This document shows positions 40,143-50,254 of a stretch of DNA of 64,000 bases, piece by piece. The notes beneath the pieces are model-generated. The model had not been told where the DNA came from, ran no database searches, and saw only the letters and a program-made list of their open reading frames with translations. A program made the translations under genes and the position numbers. The stretch covers positions 217 to 64,216 of the forward strand of contig JAFUTO010000013.1 of assembly GCA_017484205.1 (NCBI GenBank), read 5' to 3'. Source of the stretch: Bacilli bacterium (GTDB lineage Bacteria > Bacillota_I > Bacilli_A > RF39 > UBA660). Every line of letters begins with the position of its first letter. Position 1 is the first letter of the stretch.

Positions 40143-41531
40143 ATGACTAAAGTATTTGATTTGTTAAGAAGTTTAGGCTGGTATATAGTTAATTTTATAT
40201 ATAAACTAATTGACACAGTATTTTTAATTGTAAAAAAATTAAATGTGTTTGATATAATTGGCTCATTATCAAATAATCAAGTGTTTGTAGGCTTATATAA
40301 AGGTATTATGGCAATAGCTGTAACTTTATTTGCATTATTTATTGTATGGCGATTTATAAATAAACTATTAGATCAAGATGAAGAAAACTCATTTAGAAAT
40401 ATAATGATTGAAATAATGAAATGTGGGGCACTTATTATGATGTCCACTTTTTTATTTGTTCAAGTTTCTAATTTTTCCATTAAACTATCAAATTATACAG
40501 GCAATATATTTGAAAGTAGCACTAATCAAACAATGAGTGATTCAATGCTTACAATGTTTATATCTTATAATGATGATTATAAAAATAGCGATAAGTTTAA
40601 TGAATCAAAAAGTATTTCAGATAGTGTATCAGATGGAAGTTTTAATAGTGATGAATTATATATATCAAAATATGTTACAAAATCTCGTGTAATACTATCT
40701 GATGAAAAAGATTATAAGTATGATATAAACTGGATTTTAGCAATACTATGTGGTGGTTTTTTCTTATATAGTTTATTCTTTGCATCCATCATGTTGGGGC
40801 GAAGGCAAATAGAGTTTTTATTTCTGTTTTTAATTTCACCAATAGTATTTGCCACATCTATATGTAATAAACAAAGAAGAGGTGCTGTAATAGAACAATT
40901 AGTATCACTTACATTACAAAGCTCAGTAGTAATGTTAATAGTTAGCCTAAGTGTTATGGTTATGCAAGAAGTTAATAATACAACTTTCTTCAGCGATTCA
41001 TCAATGAATGTAGTTGCTAAAGTTTTACTATATTTAGGTTGTGGAACTTTTATACTTACAGGTAGTCAAGTTATAAATAGATTTATTGGTGCAAATGTAA
41101 GTGCAGCAAGTGGTAGAGAACAATTAATGTCATTAATGGGATATGGTAAAGTTGCAGGAACTGCAGGTGCTATTGCAGGTGCTACTGCTTTAGGTGGTGG
41201 ATTACTTGCAACAGGTGGTGTTATGAAAGCAGGCGGTTTAATTGGCTCTAATGCTTTATCAAAGGTTGGAGCAACATTAGGAGCTTTTGGTGCTGTGGAT
41301 ACTTCAAGTGGTGCAAGACCTACAAGAATGCAAAAAATAGCAAGTACATTGGGAACAAAGATGTATATGGCTGGACAAAATGGACTTAAAAGAGATTCAG
41401 GAAAATCAAAGTTCAGTCCAAGTAATGCATTCATTAATGCAGGTGCAAGTAGTCTTAATAGTGCTATAAGGACAGTTGTTCCTAGAGCATCATATAATAC
41501 TGCTTATTATAGAAGAAGGAAAAGCTTGTAA
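40143..41531 (+). CDS. VirB6-like polytopic conjugation protein
   Basis: Multiple TMs, RQIEFLFLFLISPI, Gly/Ala-rich tail; operon position. Confidence 0.75.
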   Translation: MTKVFDLLRSLGWYIVNFIYKLIDTVFLIVKKLNVFDIIGSLSNNQVFVGLYKGIMAIAVTLFALFIVWRFINKLLDQDEENSFRNIMIEIMKCGALIMMSTFLFVQVSNFSIKLSNYTGNIFESSTNQTMSDSMLTMFISYNDDYKNSDKFNESKSISDSVSDGSFNSDELYISKYVTKSRVILSDEKDYKYDINWILAILCGGFFLYSLFFASIMLGRRQIEFLFLFLISPIVFATSICNKQRRGAVIEQLVSLTLQSSVVMLIVSLSVMVMQEVNNTTFFSDSSMNVVAKVLLYLGCGTFILTGSQVINRFIGANVSAASGREQLMSLMGYGKVAGTAGAIAGATALGGGLLATGGVMKAGGLIGSNALSKVGATLGAFGAVDTSSGARPTRMQKIASTLGTKMYMAGQNGLKRDSGKSKFSPSNAFINAGASSLNSAIRTVVPRASYNTAYYRRRKSL

Positions 41532-41543
41532 AGGAGGTAATGT

Positions 41544-41846
41544 ATGTATATAACAGTTAAAACAATTAAGAGAAGTTTAGGTTTTAAGGGTATAGAAATA
41601 TTAGATATTGCTATATCTTTTCCAATAATAGTATTATTTATATTGTTATTTTGTCTTACATCTTTAAAAATCCCATCATTAACATTTTTAATGTTAGGTG
41701 CATTTTGTTTACTTCCTATTAACATTAGTAAAAAAAATAGAATGTATAAAATTATAGGACTTATATTTAGTTTTATTTTTAGAACAAAGTATTTTGTCTA
41801 TATCAATGATAAGGAGGAATACATAAATGAAGAAAACAAAAGTTGA
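41544..41846 (+). CDS. VirB3/PrgI-like membrane protein
   Basis: Small two-TM protein immediately before VirB4. Confidence 0.6.
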   Translation: MYITVKTIKRSLGFKGIEILDIAISFPIIVLFILLFCLTSLKIPSLTFLMLGAFCLLPINISKKNRMYKIIGLIFSFIFRTKYFVYINDKEEYINEENKS

Positions 41847-44328
41847 TAAAGTCAAAAAAAGAGAAGAAAAGGAAAAGCAAACTATTTTAAAGTTTCGAAA
41901 AAGAATAAGTGAAAAGAAAACAAGTTATATAACTAAGGACATTTTAAATAGAAAATATAAAAATGCTCAAATATTTACTAATGCGGAATCAGTAAATAAT
42001 GATGGTATGATTAAACTTCGTACAAATGAGTATGCAATTGTATATTCAGTTGATGCAATAGATTTATCATTGACTTCAAATATACAAAAGAATAATTTTT
42101 TTAATCAATTAAAATATTTATACCAATTGAGAGATTTGAACTTACGAATATATAAATTAGATGATAAAATTGATTTAAATGCGAATAAAGATTATTATAG
42201 TAAGTTAATAGATGAATATAGTGATGATGAGAATAAAGTAGCATTTTTAAAAGAAAGATATAATGGTTTAGAAAATCTAGAAAGAGAAAATCTTACAACA
42301 ACAAGTAGGTATTATTTTGTTATAATAAATGAAAATGAAAAAGCATTAGAACATATATCTGAAGAAGTAGAAATGCAATGTTATAATATGACACCAAAAT
42401 TAAATATAGAAAAAATAACTAATAAATTAGAGATTTATCAATTTTTAGTAAATTTATATTTAGCAAATGCCAATATTGAACAATTAATGTGGAGCAATTT
42501 AGTAGAATTAGTTGCTCCTTTTTATATTAATGAACAAATTAGTCAAATAAAGGTTGATGAAGAAGAAATACAAGTAGTTAGTATAAAAAATCTTCCGCCT
42601 TTTATAGATGAATTGTTCTTTGAAGAATTATTTAATGTCCCAGATACTAGATGTTGCATACATATAAAAGATACAATCCCTACTGATGAGTTAATAAGAA
42701 GATTAGATAGTAATTATGAGTTTTTAATTTCGGAAAGAAGTACAACAAGAAAATTGAGTGATGCGACACAAATGGATACTGAAAAAGAAAACTTTCAAGC
42801 CTTAATGACACAATTAAAAAATGGTAATGAAAAAATTAAAGAAGTTGATTTTATTATCGTAATAAAAGGATCTAAAAAAGAAAGAGAAGAAAAGGTAAAA
42901 GAATTAAAGAAAATAGCTGATATATATCAAATCAAATTAGATGTACCACGAATGAGACAAATGGAAGGTTGGCAATCGTTTGATATATCCATAGATGGAT
43001 TTGATGACTATCATAATTATTTACCAAGTTTGACATTAGCATCTTCATTTCCGCTTACTATAACTAATTTTAATGATGAAACAGGTTATATGCTAGGTGT
43101 TGATATACATACTGCATTGCCTACAATTTTTGATTTATATCATAAAGATACAACAAGACCATCAAGTAATTTAGCAATTATATCTTCGACTGGCGGTGGC
43201 AAAAGTTTTACATTAAAGAAAATGATTATCAATGAAATTAATCGTGGAAACAAGGTGTTTATTTTTGATGCAGAGGGTGAATATAAAAAATTAGTTGATA
43301 GAAATAAGGGCGAATATATAGATATGTATTCATCTAGTGGTGGTATTATTAATCCTTTGCAAGTTAGATTTCTAGCAAGTGATAGGGAGGAAAAAGATGA
43401 TAATGCTGTAAATAATGTTGATTATGATGAATGCCCTTTAGCAAAACATTTAGGCTCATTAGAAACATTTATAAAATGTGCCTTTGAAGAAATTAAGGAA
43501 AGTGAAGTAGTAGTTTTATTAGATATGATTGAAAATCTATATAAGAGATTTGGTATAACTAAAAATACTAAAATTTCTAGATTAAAGGAATTAGAAAATA
43601 CTGATTATCCTATATTTAGTGATTTGATAAATTTTTTACCAGAGTATAGAAAGATGATTACTAATGCGGAACAATTAAAAATAATTGATAAATTACAAAT
43701 TCTGCTAGATAGATTTAAAGTAGGAATTGATGCAACATTATTTAATGGTTATACATCTGTAAATCTTGATTCTAATTTAATAGGATTTAATGTAAGAGAT
43801 TTATTATCGAGTAAGAATAAACGGATTATTACAACTCAATTAGTTAATCTACTTACATATCTTAATAACATCATAGTTAATAATAAAATTACTAATGAAA
43901 ATAATAGTGGACATGAGCTTAAAAATATGGCTGTTGTTGTTGATGAATTCCATTTATATATTAAAGATACTGATAGTGAAGTTTTATTAACATTTGAACA
44001 AATTGCTAGAAGAATTAGAAAATATCATGGATCATTCATTCCAGCAACGCAAAGTATTCACGATTTTATTGGTGACGATGATTCAGTTAGAAGTGCGACA
44101 GCTATATTTAATAATTGTCAATATCAATTAGTTGGGATGTTAAAAGAAGATGATTTAACAACATATTTAAAATTATTTTATCAAAATCCATTAACTGATA
44201 CTCAAAAGGAATTTTTATCCCAAGCAGAAGTAGGGGAATTTTTACTTACTATTAATTCAAAAAAAAGATTAAGAGTTAAGATAATGGCAACACCACTAGA
44301 AGTTGAATTAATGGGAGAAGATAATTAA
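41827..44328 (+). CDS. virB4: VirB4-like conjugation ATPase
   Basis: SSTGGGKSF Walker A, IFDAEGEY, VVDEFH, RIRKY..S...ATQ. Confidence 0.9.
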   Translation: MKKTKVDKVKKREEKEKQTILKFRKRISEKKTSYITKDILNRKYKNAQIFTNAESVNNDGMIKLRTNEYAIVYSVDAIDLSLTSNIQKNNFFNQLKYLYQLRDLNLRIYKLDDKIDLNANKDYYSKLIDEYSDDENKVAFLKERYNGLENLERENLTTTSRYYFVIINENEKALEHISEEVEMQCYNMTPKLNIEKITNKLEIYQFLVNLYLANANIEQLMWSNLVELVAPFYINEQISQIKVDEEEIQVVSIKNLPPFIDELFFEELFNVPDTRCCIHIKDTIPTDELIRRLDSNYEFLISERSTTRKLSDATQMDTEKENFQALMTQLKNGNEKIKEVDFIIVIKGSKKEREEKVKELKKIADIYQIKLDVPRMRQMEGWQSFDISIDGFDDYHNYLPSLTLASSFPLTITNFNDETGYMLGVDIHTALPTIFDLYHKDTTRPSSNLAIISSTGGGKSFTLKKMIINEINRGNKVFIFDAEGEYKKLVDRNKGEYIDMYSSSGGIINPLQVRFLASDREEKDDNAVNNVDYDECPLAKHLGSLETFIKCAFEEIKESEVVVLLDMIENLYKRFGITKNTKISRLKELENTDYPIFSDLINFLPEYRKMITNAEQLKIIDKLQILLDRFKVGIDATLFNGYTSVNLDSNLIGFNVRDLLSSKNKRIITTQLVNLLTYLNNIIVNNKITNENNSGHELKNMAVVVDEFHLYIKDTDSEVLLTFEQIARRIRKYHGSFIPATQSIHDFIGDDDSVRSATAIFNNCQYQLVGMLKEDDLTTYLKLFYQNPLTDTQKEFLSQAEVGEFLLTINSKKRLRVKIMATPLEVELMGEDN

Positions 44329-44330
44329 CT

Positions 44331-44513
44331 ATGAATAATAAATCATCAGACAACATAAAAAAAGAATTCAAAAAATTATTCTATGATGAGTTCAATGATC
44401 CGAATGAATCGTTCATAGATTTTTTGTTAGATTTAATTCCTACGAAAATATTAGCATTAATATTAAAGAAAGGTAGAAGTTTTTATTACTCAAATTTTAA
44501 TAAGTATAAATGA
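44331..44513 (+). CDS. Small hypothetical protein
   Basis: 60-aa ORF filling the gap between virB4 and the M23 gene. Confidence 0.4.
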   Translation: MNNKSSDNIKKEFKKLFYDEFNDPNESFIDFLLDLIPTKILALILKKGRSFYYSNFNKYK

Positions 44514-45364
44514 AAAAAAATAAAAGTTTTATATTAAAAATTATATTTAGTAGTTCTATATTAACCACAATATTTTTTATGATTATTATAATTTGTGCTT
44601 TAATGGTATTTGATTTTTTTGGTAATGATATTACAAAAGAAAAGGTAATTGATAATGCCAATTATGCAGTAGAGTATAAAAAAGTTCTCAACAAAAGATT
44701 AAGTGATGGTTATGTTCCGTTACAAAGAATTTTATATTTTTATTTAGAAGATAATTCATTAACTATCGACACATTATATAAAATTAATCAAAATAGTAAT
44801 TCTAAAAATACAAAAGAAATATCTATTGTGTGTGACGATAATCGCATAAAAAATTTAAAAGCTTGTAGTGAAAATAGTATAAGTATTAATAAAAATTATT
44901 TAATAGTTAGTTCAAAACATTTTAATTTTCCATTAAAAGATAAATATTCAGTTACAGGTTTTTTTAATGAACAAAGAATTGTTTATGATGAAGAAAATGT
45001 TCATAGTGGTTGGGATTTTGCAACTTCAGCAAAGACTCCTATATATTCAGTTTGCAGTGGCACAGTTTACAAAATTAGTTTTACTCAAGAAGAAAATATA
45101 CCTTATGATGAAAGTAATAACTATCAAGGTAATAGCATTATTATCAAATGTGATGAAGATTATGAAAATATTTTTTATGTAACTTTTCTACATCTTTATC
45201 CAAATAGTTCAAAAGTTAAAGTTGGGGATAGAGTAGAACATTGGACAGAACTAGCTAGTGTAGGAACAACGGGGTATTCAACAGGTAATCATTTACATTA
45301 TCAAGTGCAAGATGAAAAATGGAATTTATTAGATGGAATGCAATTTATAGATTTTAATATATAA
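44510..45364 (+). CDS. M23 peptidase (transfer-associated peptidoglycan hydrolase)
   Basis: TM anchor; HSGWD (HxxxD), GTTGYSTGNHLHY. Confidence 0.88.
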   Translation: MKKNKSFILKIIFSSSILTTIFFMIIIICALMVFDFFGNDITKEKVIDNANYAVEYKKVLNKRLSDGYVPLQRILYFYLEDNSLTIDTLYKINQNSNSKNTKEISIVCDDNRIKNLKACSENSISINKNYLIVSSKHFNFPLKDKYSVTGFFNEQRIVYDEENVHSGWDFATSAKTPIYSVCSGTVYKISFTQEENIPYDESNNYQGNSIIIKCDEDYENIFYVTFLHLYPNSSKVKVGDRVEHWTELASVGTTGYSTGNHLHYQVQDEKWNLLDGMQFIDFNI

Positions 45365-45409
45365 ATAATATTTTTAAAAAGAGTAGGAAGCACTTTAAAA
45401 TAGATAAAA

Positions 45410-45672
45410 TTAATGAAATAGCCACTTCCAATCAAAAAGGTGGTCATAAAAATTATTATAAATAAAGGTTTACATATATAAGGGTAGCCACTTCGATTAA
45501 AAAAAATAGTCATTTTCGCAAGTGCGAAAATAGTAAGACACCATTATTATTCGTTGAAAAATAAGGAAAAAATATGATTTTGGTGTCATTTTCCTTATGC
45601 CCATTAAAAATATGCAATATTTTTATTATGAAAAAGACCTTTAATTGATTGGAAGTGGCTACCCTTATATTT
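45410..45672. other. Candidate oriT
   Basis: Non-coding; TAGCCACTTC twice forward and once inverted; hairpin ATTTTCGCA-AG-TGCGAAAAT; precedes the RHH + relaxase genes. Confidence 0.55.
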
Positions 45673-45687
45673 AAGATTGGAGGTTTT

Positions 45688-45903
45688 ATGATAAAAAAAA
45701 CTATTAGAACAACATTAAGAATTGATGATAATTTAAAAACTAGAATTGAATTATTAGCAATAAAAAATAATATAAGTTTTAATACAATGTTAATATATAT
45801 TATTGAACTTGGTTATAATTCTTATATGGATAGATTTGATAAATATTATGAAGAAGAAAATGAAAAAGTTAAAAGAGAGGTGGAAGAAGATGTACAAGGT
45901 TAG
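45688..45903 (+). CDS. Ribbon-helix-helix (Arc-like) protein
   Basis: RTTLRIDDNLKTRIELLAIKNNISFNTML. Confidence 0.75.
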   Translation: MIKKTIRTTLRIDDNLKTRIELLAIKNNISFNTMLIYIIELGYNSYMDRFDKYYEEENEKVKREVEEDVQG

Positions 45904-46303
45904 AGTATATACTGATGAAGAAATAAAAAAACTTTTAAGTAATCCAAATGTAGAAAGAGTAAAAAATGATATTCAAATAATTTATAAAAATAAGTTTAAA
46001 CTTTGGGCAGTTCACGAAAAAATTGTTAATTCTGAAAAAACAGCTAGACAAATTTTTGAAGAGGCAGGTTTTGATATGAAAATATTAAATGAGCAAACAC
46101 CACAAAAAAGATTAAATGCTTGGTTAAAAAAATATAGACAATTTGGCAATGAATATTTTAATGATAATAATTATACTTATTCTACTAAAAAAAGTTTTTC
46201 AAATGATACAAATTTGTTAAAGAAAATGAAAAATAAGTCATCAAGTATTTGTAAAGATAATTCATTAGTTATAAGTTTTGAAGTTATATCTGAAGATGAA
46301 TGA
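45890..46303 (+). CDS. HTH protein resembling IS3-family OrfA N-terminus
   Basis: YTDEEIKKLLSNPNV...ARQIFEEAGFD...RLNAWLKKY. Confidence 0.5.
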   Translation: MYKVRVYTDEEIKKLLSNPNVERVKNDIQIIYKNKFKLWAVHEKIVNSEKTARQIFEEAGFDMKILNEQTPQKRLNAWLKKYRQFGNEYFNDNNYTYSTKKSFSNDTNLLKKMKNKSSSICKDNSLVISFEVISEDE

Positions 46304-46629
46304 AGAAGTTGACTGTACGACTTGATGATTATGTATATGATAGATTAAATCTAGTATCTAATGAAGAGAAAATATCAGTTAATAAAATTGTTGCATCTAT
46401 ATTAAAAAAATTTATTGACCAACCTAAAGAAATAAATTATCTTAATGAAATAGATAAAAAGTTAAATGATATTATTTATAAGTTAGAACATATATCTAAA
46501 AAACAAACTATACATTATAAAATATCTTCACAACATTTTGCCAATCATGGTTACTTATCCAATGCTGATATTAGTGAAGATAAATGTTTGAAAGAACTAT
46601 TAAGTAGGAAAGATAATTTTAATGAATAA
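46300..46629 (+). CDS. RHH relaxosome accessory protein
   Basis: MKKLTVRLDDYVYDRL...SVNKIV; overlaps relaxase start. Confidence 0.7.
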   Translation: MKKLTVRLDDYVYDRLNLVSNEEKISVNKIVASILKKFIDQPKEINYLNEIDKKLNDIIYKLEHISKKQTIHYKISSQHFANHGYLSNADISEDKCLKELLSRKDNFNE

Positions 46630-47995
46630 GAAAAGCCCTAATGTAATTTTTAAATCAAAATATTTACTAGCGCTTAATAGTGTTGATAATAAGTTCCAAT
46701 CTAGTAATTATAGAAGTGAAAGAGAAAAAGATATTAATGATATGGTTAATTATTTTTCTAATGAGAAAAAAAGTTTAGTTGGTATGTTTGAATATTATAT
46801 GGGGCATACAAGGAATGAGCATATTAATTTAGTTTTAGAAAATGGCAATTATGCTACTAAAGAAGATGTTAAAAAAATAAAAACTGATTATAAAAAATAT
46901 ATAGAAAAATCAAATCTATGGAAAGGTATATTAAGTTTTAAAAGAGAATATCTTGATGAAAATATTGATATAAAAACTTTAGAACAAAAAATTGCTAAAG
47001 AAGTTATGCCACAATTTTTAAAATATTGTGGTTTTAAAGATATTAAAAATATGAGTTATGTATTTTCAGTTCATACAAATAGAAAACATCAGCCTCATAT
47101 ACATTTTGCTTTTATTGAAAAAAAGCCTAATTATATATATAGTAATAATAAAGTTGATTATAGAAGAAAAGGTAAAATCACTTTGGATGAGCAAAGATAT
47201 TTAAAGAGATTAGTAGAATTAACTATTGAAAGAGAAAAATATTATACTCCATTACTCAAGAAAACTAATGAAGATATTGATTATTTAAAAACATATTTTA
47301 ATCCTAAAGAAAGAAATTTTGCTTTACGAAATGTTGATGAAATATATATAGAGGAAAAAATATTAAGGTTAGGTGAACTTTTAAAGGAATACAGGAACAA
47401 TAATAAGCAATATTTTGGTAGGATTAAATATAATTCTATTAAGAATAACAAATTAGGAAAAGAGATTAAATCTTTAACTAAAGATATTAAAAAATATTTA
47501 TTTAATGACGAAACATCTATATTATATAACTGTAAAAAAGATGTTGATAAAGATTTAAATAGGCTAAATGATTATTTTAATGAACTTAATTTGAAAAATA
47601 ATGTTAAAGCTACAATAGATAAAAATAGTATTGTAGAAGAAAAAGGAGAGTATATTAATAATTATATATATAACTCTATTGTTAATCATTCTTTGTATAG
47701 ATATGAAACTATATCTCAATTTGTGAAGGATAAAACAATGAGTGATAAAATTACTGTTGAAGATTTAATACAGGAAATAGCTTATCAAAATAGTCTATAT
47801 AGAAAATATACTGATGATAAAGATATTAGAAAAAGTATATTAGATAATTATTTTAAAGGTAAAAATAATTTGTTGATGTTTCCAAGTAAAAGTAAAATGG
47901 AAAAAGCAATAAGAAATATTAATTATGAAATGGATAAAGCATCAAGTGAATTCAGTAGATTATTTAATTATGATAATCAAAAGACTAGAAACTAA
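46622..47995 (+). CDS. Relaxase, MobL (MobP2)-like
   Basis: SPNVIFKSKY, MFEYY, LWKGILSF, HUH motif VHTNRKHQPHIHFAF. Confidence 0.82.
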   Translation: MNKKSPNVIFKSKYLLALNSVDNKFQSSNYRSEREKDINDMVNYFSNEKKSLVGMFEYYMGHTRNEHINLVLENGNYATKEDVKKIKTDYKKYIEKSNLWKGILSFKREYLDENIDIKTLEQKIAKEVMPQFLKYCGFKDIKNMSYVFSVHTNRKHQPHIHFAFIEKKPNYIYSNNKVDYRRKGKITLDEQRYLKRLVELTIEREKYYTPLLKKTNEDIDYLKTYFNPKERNFALRNVDEIYIEEKILRLGELLKEYRNNNKQYFGRIKYNSIKNNKLGKEIKSLTKDIKKYLFNDETSILYNCKKDVDKDLNRLNDYFNELNLKNNVKATIDKNSIVEEKGEYINNYIYNSIVNHSLYRYETISQFVKDKTMSDKITVEDLIQEIAYQNSLYRKYTDDKDIRKSILDNYFKGKNNLLMFPSKSKMEKAIRNINYEMDKASSEFSRLFNYDNQKTRN

Positions 47996-48040
47996 TATTG
48001 GTATGTGATATAATTTGTAATGGTAGTAGGAGTGCATAAT

Positions 48041-48250
48041 ATGGAGATAATATTATTTAAAAAGAAATATGAATTAAAGAAATCAGGAGAACAGGGTGTA
48101 CTAGTAAGTAAAATAGTAAGTAAAGATGATAATAAAATATATTATATATTTGAACCTGATTCTTTTGGAAATGGAACTAGTAATTGTGTTACAGTTACTG
48201 AAGATGATATAAAAGATTTTAGTATATCAAAAAAGTACGTTGTAATGTAA
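48041..48250 (+). CDS. Small hypothetical protein
   Basis: AGGAG RBS, own TGATATAAT promoter. Confidence 0.5.
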   Translation: MEIILFKKKYELKKSGEQGVLVSKIVSKDDNKIYYIFEPDSFGNGTSNCVTVTEDDIKDFSISKKYVVM

Positions 48251-48284
48251 TTGACAAAAAATGTAATTTGTTGAGGAGGAAAAG

Positions 48285-49082
48285 ATGAAACAAAGAATAT
48301 TATTAGTTTTAATGGTTATTGTAGGGATATTTTCTATAACAGGCTGCGGAAAAAGTAAGAACAAAGACTTGCCAAAATTAGAAAATAATAGTGAATGTTG
48401 TAATGGCTGTATGTGTGGTGATACTATGGAATTATTAAAAAACACTGAAACAGCATGGACTTTGACTGAAATAAATAGTAAAGGTGAATATGTGTATGAT
48501 AGGTATTCTTTCATTAATTTTCATGGTACTGGAAAAAATAAATTTGCTTTTTACAAAAATGATGAGAATGGTAACACCATTTCTGAAATAAGAGGAGAAT
48601 TAGTTATTAATAAACAAGATGAAATTACATTAATACCAAATGACAATAATAATGAGAAAATAACTTGTAAAATAGGCGAAGAAAAAGATCTAATTGCAAT
48701 TTTGTATTGTGATAATGATTTTGGTACATTTACATTACAAAAAGAAGGAACACTTGAATTACCAAGTATAATAAAAGATACTATATCTAATACTAAAACA
48801 ATTGTTATTAAAGGAAATCAATCTGATTATAAAAATAAAATAATTACAGAGGAAAAGGAAATAAATATGTTATTGTTAGTAATAAATAGCTCAAAAGTAT
48901 GGACTGGACCAGTTACACTTCCATCTCCTTTATATGAAATGGAATTATTTGATGCTAATTATAATAGCATTGCAAAAATAGTATATAATCCTAATCATTA
49001 TTTTGATATTGAAATAAATGATAAAGATTATGAATTGACAAATATTGATAAAGATTCGCTGAATGCAATATTAGCAAACTAA
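48285..49082 (+). CDS. Lipoprotein
   Basis: Lipobox ITGC; CCNGCMC cluster. Confidence 0.75.
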   Translation: MKQRILLVLMVIVGIFSITGCGKSKNKDLPKLENNSECCNGCMCGDTMELLKNTETAWTLTEINSKGEYVYDRYSFINFHGTGKNKFAFYKNDENGNTISEIRGELVINKQDEITLIPNDNNNEKITCKIGEEKDLIAILYCDNDFGTFTLQKEGTLELPSIIKDTISNTKTIVIKGNQSDYKNKIITEEKEINMLLLVINSSKVWTGPVTLPSPLYEMELFDANYNSIAKIVYNPNHYFDIEINDKDYELTNIDKDSLNAILAN

Positions 49083-49148
49083 ATATAGCTAATTTACAAT
49101 TTAATGAGTAGATTTTAATATCTACTTTTTTTGATAGGAGGTTTTAAA

Positions 49149-49262
49149 ATGATTATAATTATTATAGGACTAATAGGATTACTATTAGTTCTTTTTTCAT
49201 ACTCTGCTTGTGTTGTTTCAAGTAGATGTTCTAGAATTGAAGAAATGAGAAAGGAGAAATGA
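49149..49262 (+). CDS. 37-aa single-TM peptide
   Basis: AGGAGG RBS; MIIIIIGLIGLLLVLFSYSACVVSSRCSRIEEMRKEK; below ORF-track cutoff. Confidence 0.6.
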   Translation: MIIIIIGLIGLLLVLFSYSACVVSSRCSRIEEMRKEK

Positions 49263-49265
49263 TTT

Positions 49266-49610
49266 ATGAATACTTTAGAAAGATATAGAAATTTGTCTAA
49301 TGAAGATAAAGGAAATCTTACAATATATACTATATATAATAGTATTCATGATGTTATTAAAGAAAATGATGCAGAGATTTCTGACGAGATAATATTAGAT
49401 ATTCAAGAATTGGCATACGATATTTATATCGAAGATACTTTTTCTAATGTTTCAGCATCAAGTATAGGTTATTTTATTACAGAATGTTATGTAAAAGATA
49501 ATCAATTTTTAGAAAAAATAGATGAAATATCTTATGATGATATTTTATCTGCAATAGAAAATGACAATTATGATTTTTATAAAGATAATTTAGAAAGAGG
49601 AGGTAAATAA
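49266..49610 (+). CDS. Acidic hypothetical ICE protein
   Basis: AAGGAG RBS; in operon. Confidence 0.65.
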   Translation: MNTLERYRNLSNEDKGNLTIYTIYNSIHDVIKENDAEISDEIILDIQELAYDIYIEDTFSNVSASSIGYFITECYVKDNQFLEKIDEISYDDILSAIENDNYDFYKDNLERGGK

Positions 49611-49612
49611 AT

Positions 49613-49888
49613 ATGGATTTTTCAAAATTAAATCTAGAATTTGCTAATATGCAAACTACTATTTCAAAATATAATAAAATAATTAGTTCAATTAATATTA
49701 AAATAAAGGAAAATATAAAAAATATTAATAAGTATGAAACAAAAATAAAAAATACAAAGGATAAACTAGAAAAGGAGTTAGTACATATCTATGTTGCATC
49801 TATGAAAAAAGAAAATGAATTTTTAGATAGTTTAATCAAGGAGGCTCAAATGGATGAACGAGAAAAAGGGAATATTAAATCAGTATAA
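49613..49888 (+). CDS. Coiled-coil hypothetical protein
   Basis: GGAGG RBS; in operon. Confidence 0.6.
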   Translation: MDFSKLNLEFANMQTTISKYNKIISSINIKIKENIKNINKYETKIKNTKDKLEKELVHIYVASMKKENEFLDSLIKEAQMDEREKGNIKSV

Positions 49889-50252
49889 TGAAGAAGAAAC
49901 AAGGCAACTATTAAATGATAAAGTTAAAATGGTTTATATTGATAATGGTGTAGAAGAAGTCGTTGCAAGGTATGAAGATTTACCAGATATCATTGTTGAT
50001 GTAAATGAAAAACTAGGTCATAATCAATATTTAAAAGTATATGATTTTGAAAATCCTAATTTTGATAAACCGCTTTTAACAACAACAGGGTATTTTTTAG
50101 ATAATTGCGATCCAGATGTTAGAAAAGATATTATTGATAAATTAATACAATTACAGATGGGAGAAATAGAGGTTAGAGACTATAAAGTAATTAATGAAGA
50201 TATGCTAGATGATATTAGAGTTGCTATGGAACAAGAAGAAATGGAAAAATAA
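49854..50252 (+). CDS. Acidic hypothetical ICE protein
   Basis: GGAGG RBS; ends EEMEK. Confidence 0.65.
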   Translation: MNEKKGILNQYNEEETRQLLNDKVKMVYIDNGVEEVVARYEDLPDIIVDVNEKLGHNQYLKVYDFENPNFDKPLLTTTGYFLDNCDPDVRKDIIDKLIQLQMGEIEVRDYKVINEDMLDDIRVAMEQEEMEK

Positions 50253-50254
50253 TT

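Noticed and set aside
45890-46303. Intact IS3-family insertion sequence
   Set aside because: No DDE transposase, terminal inverted repeats or target duplication are visible.
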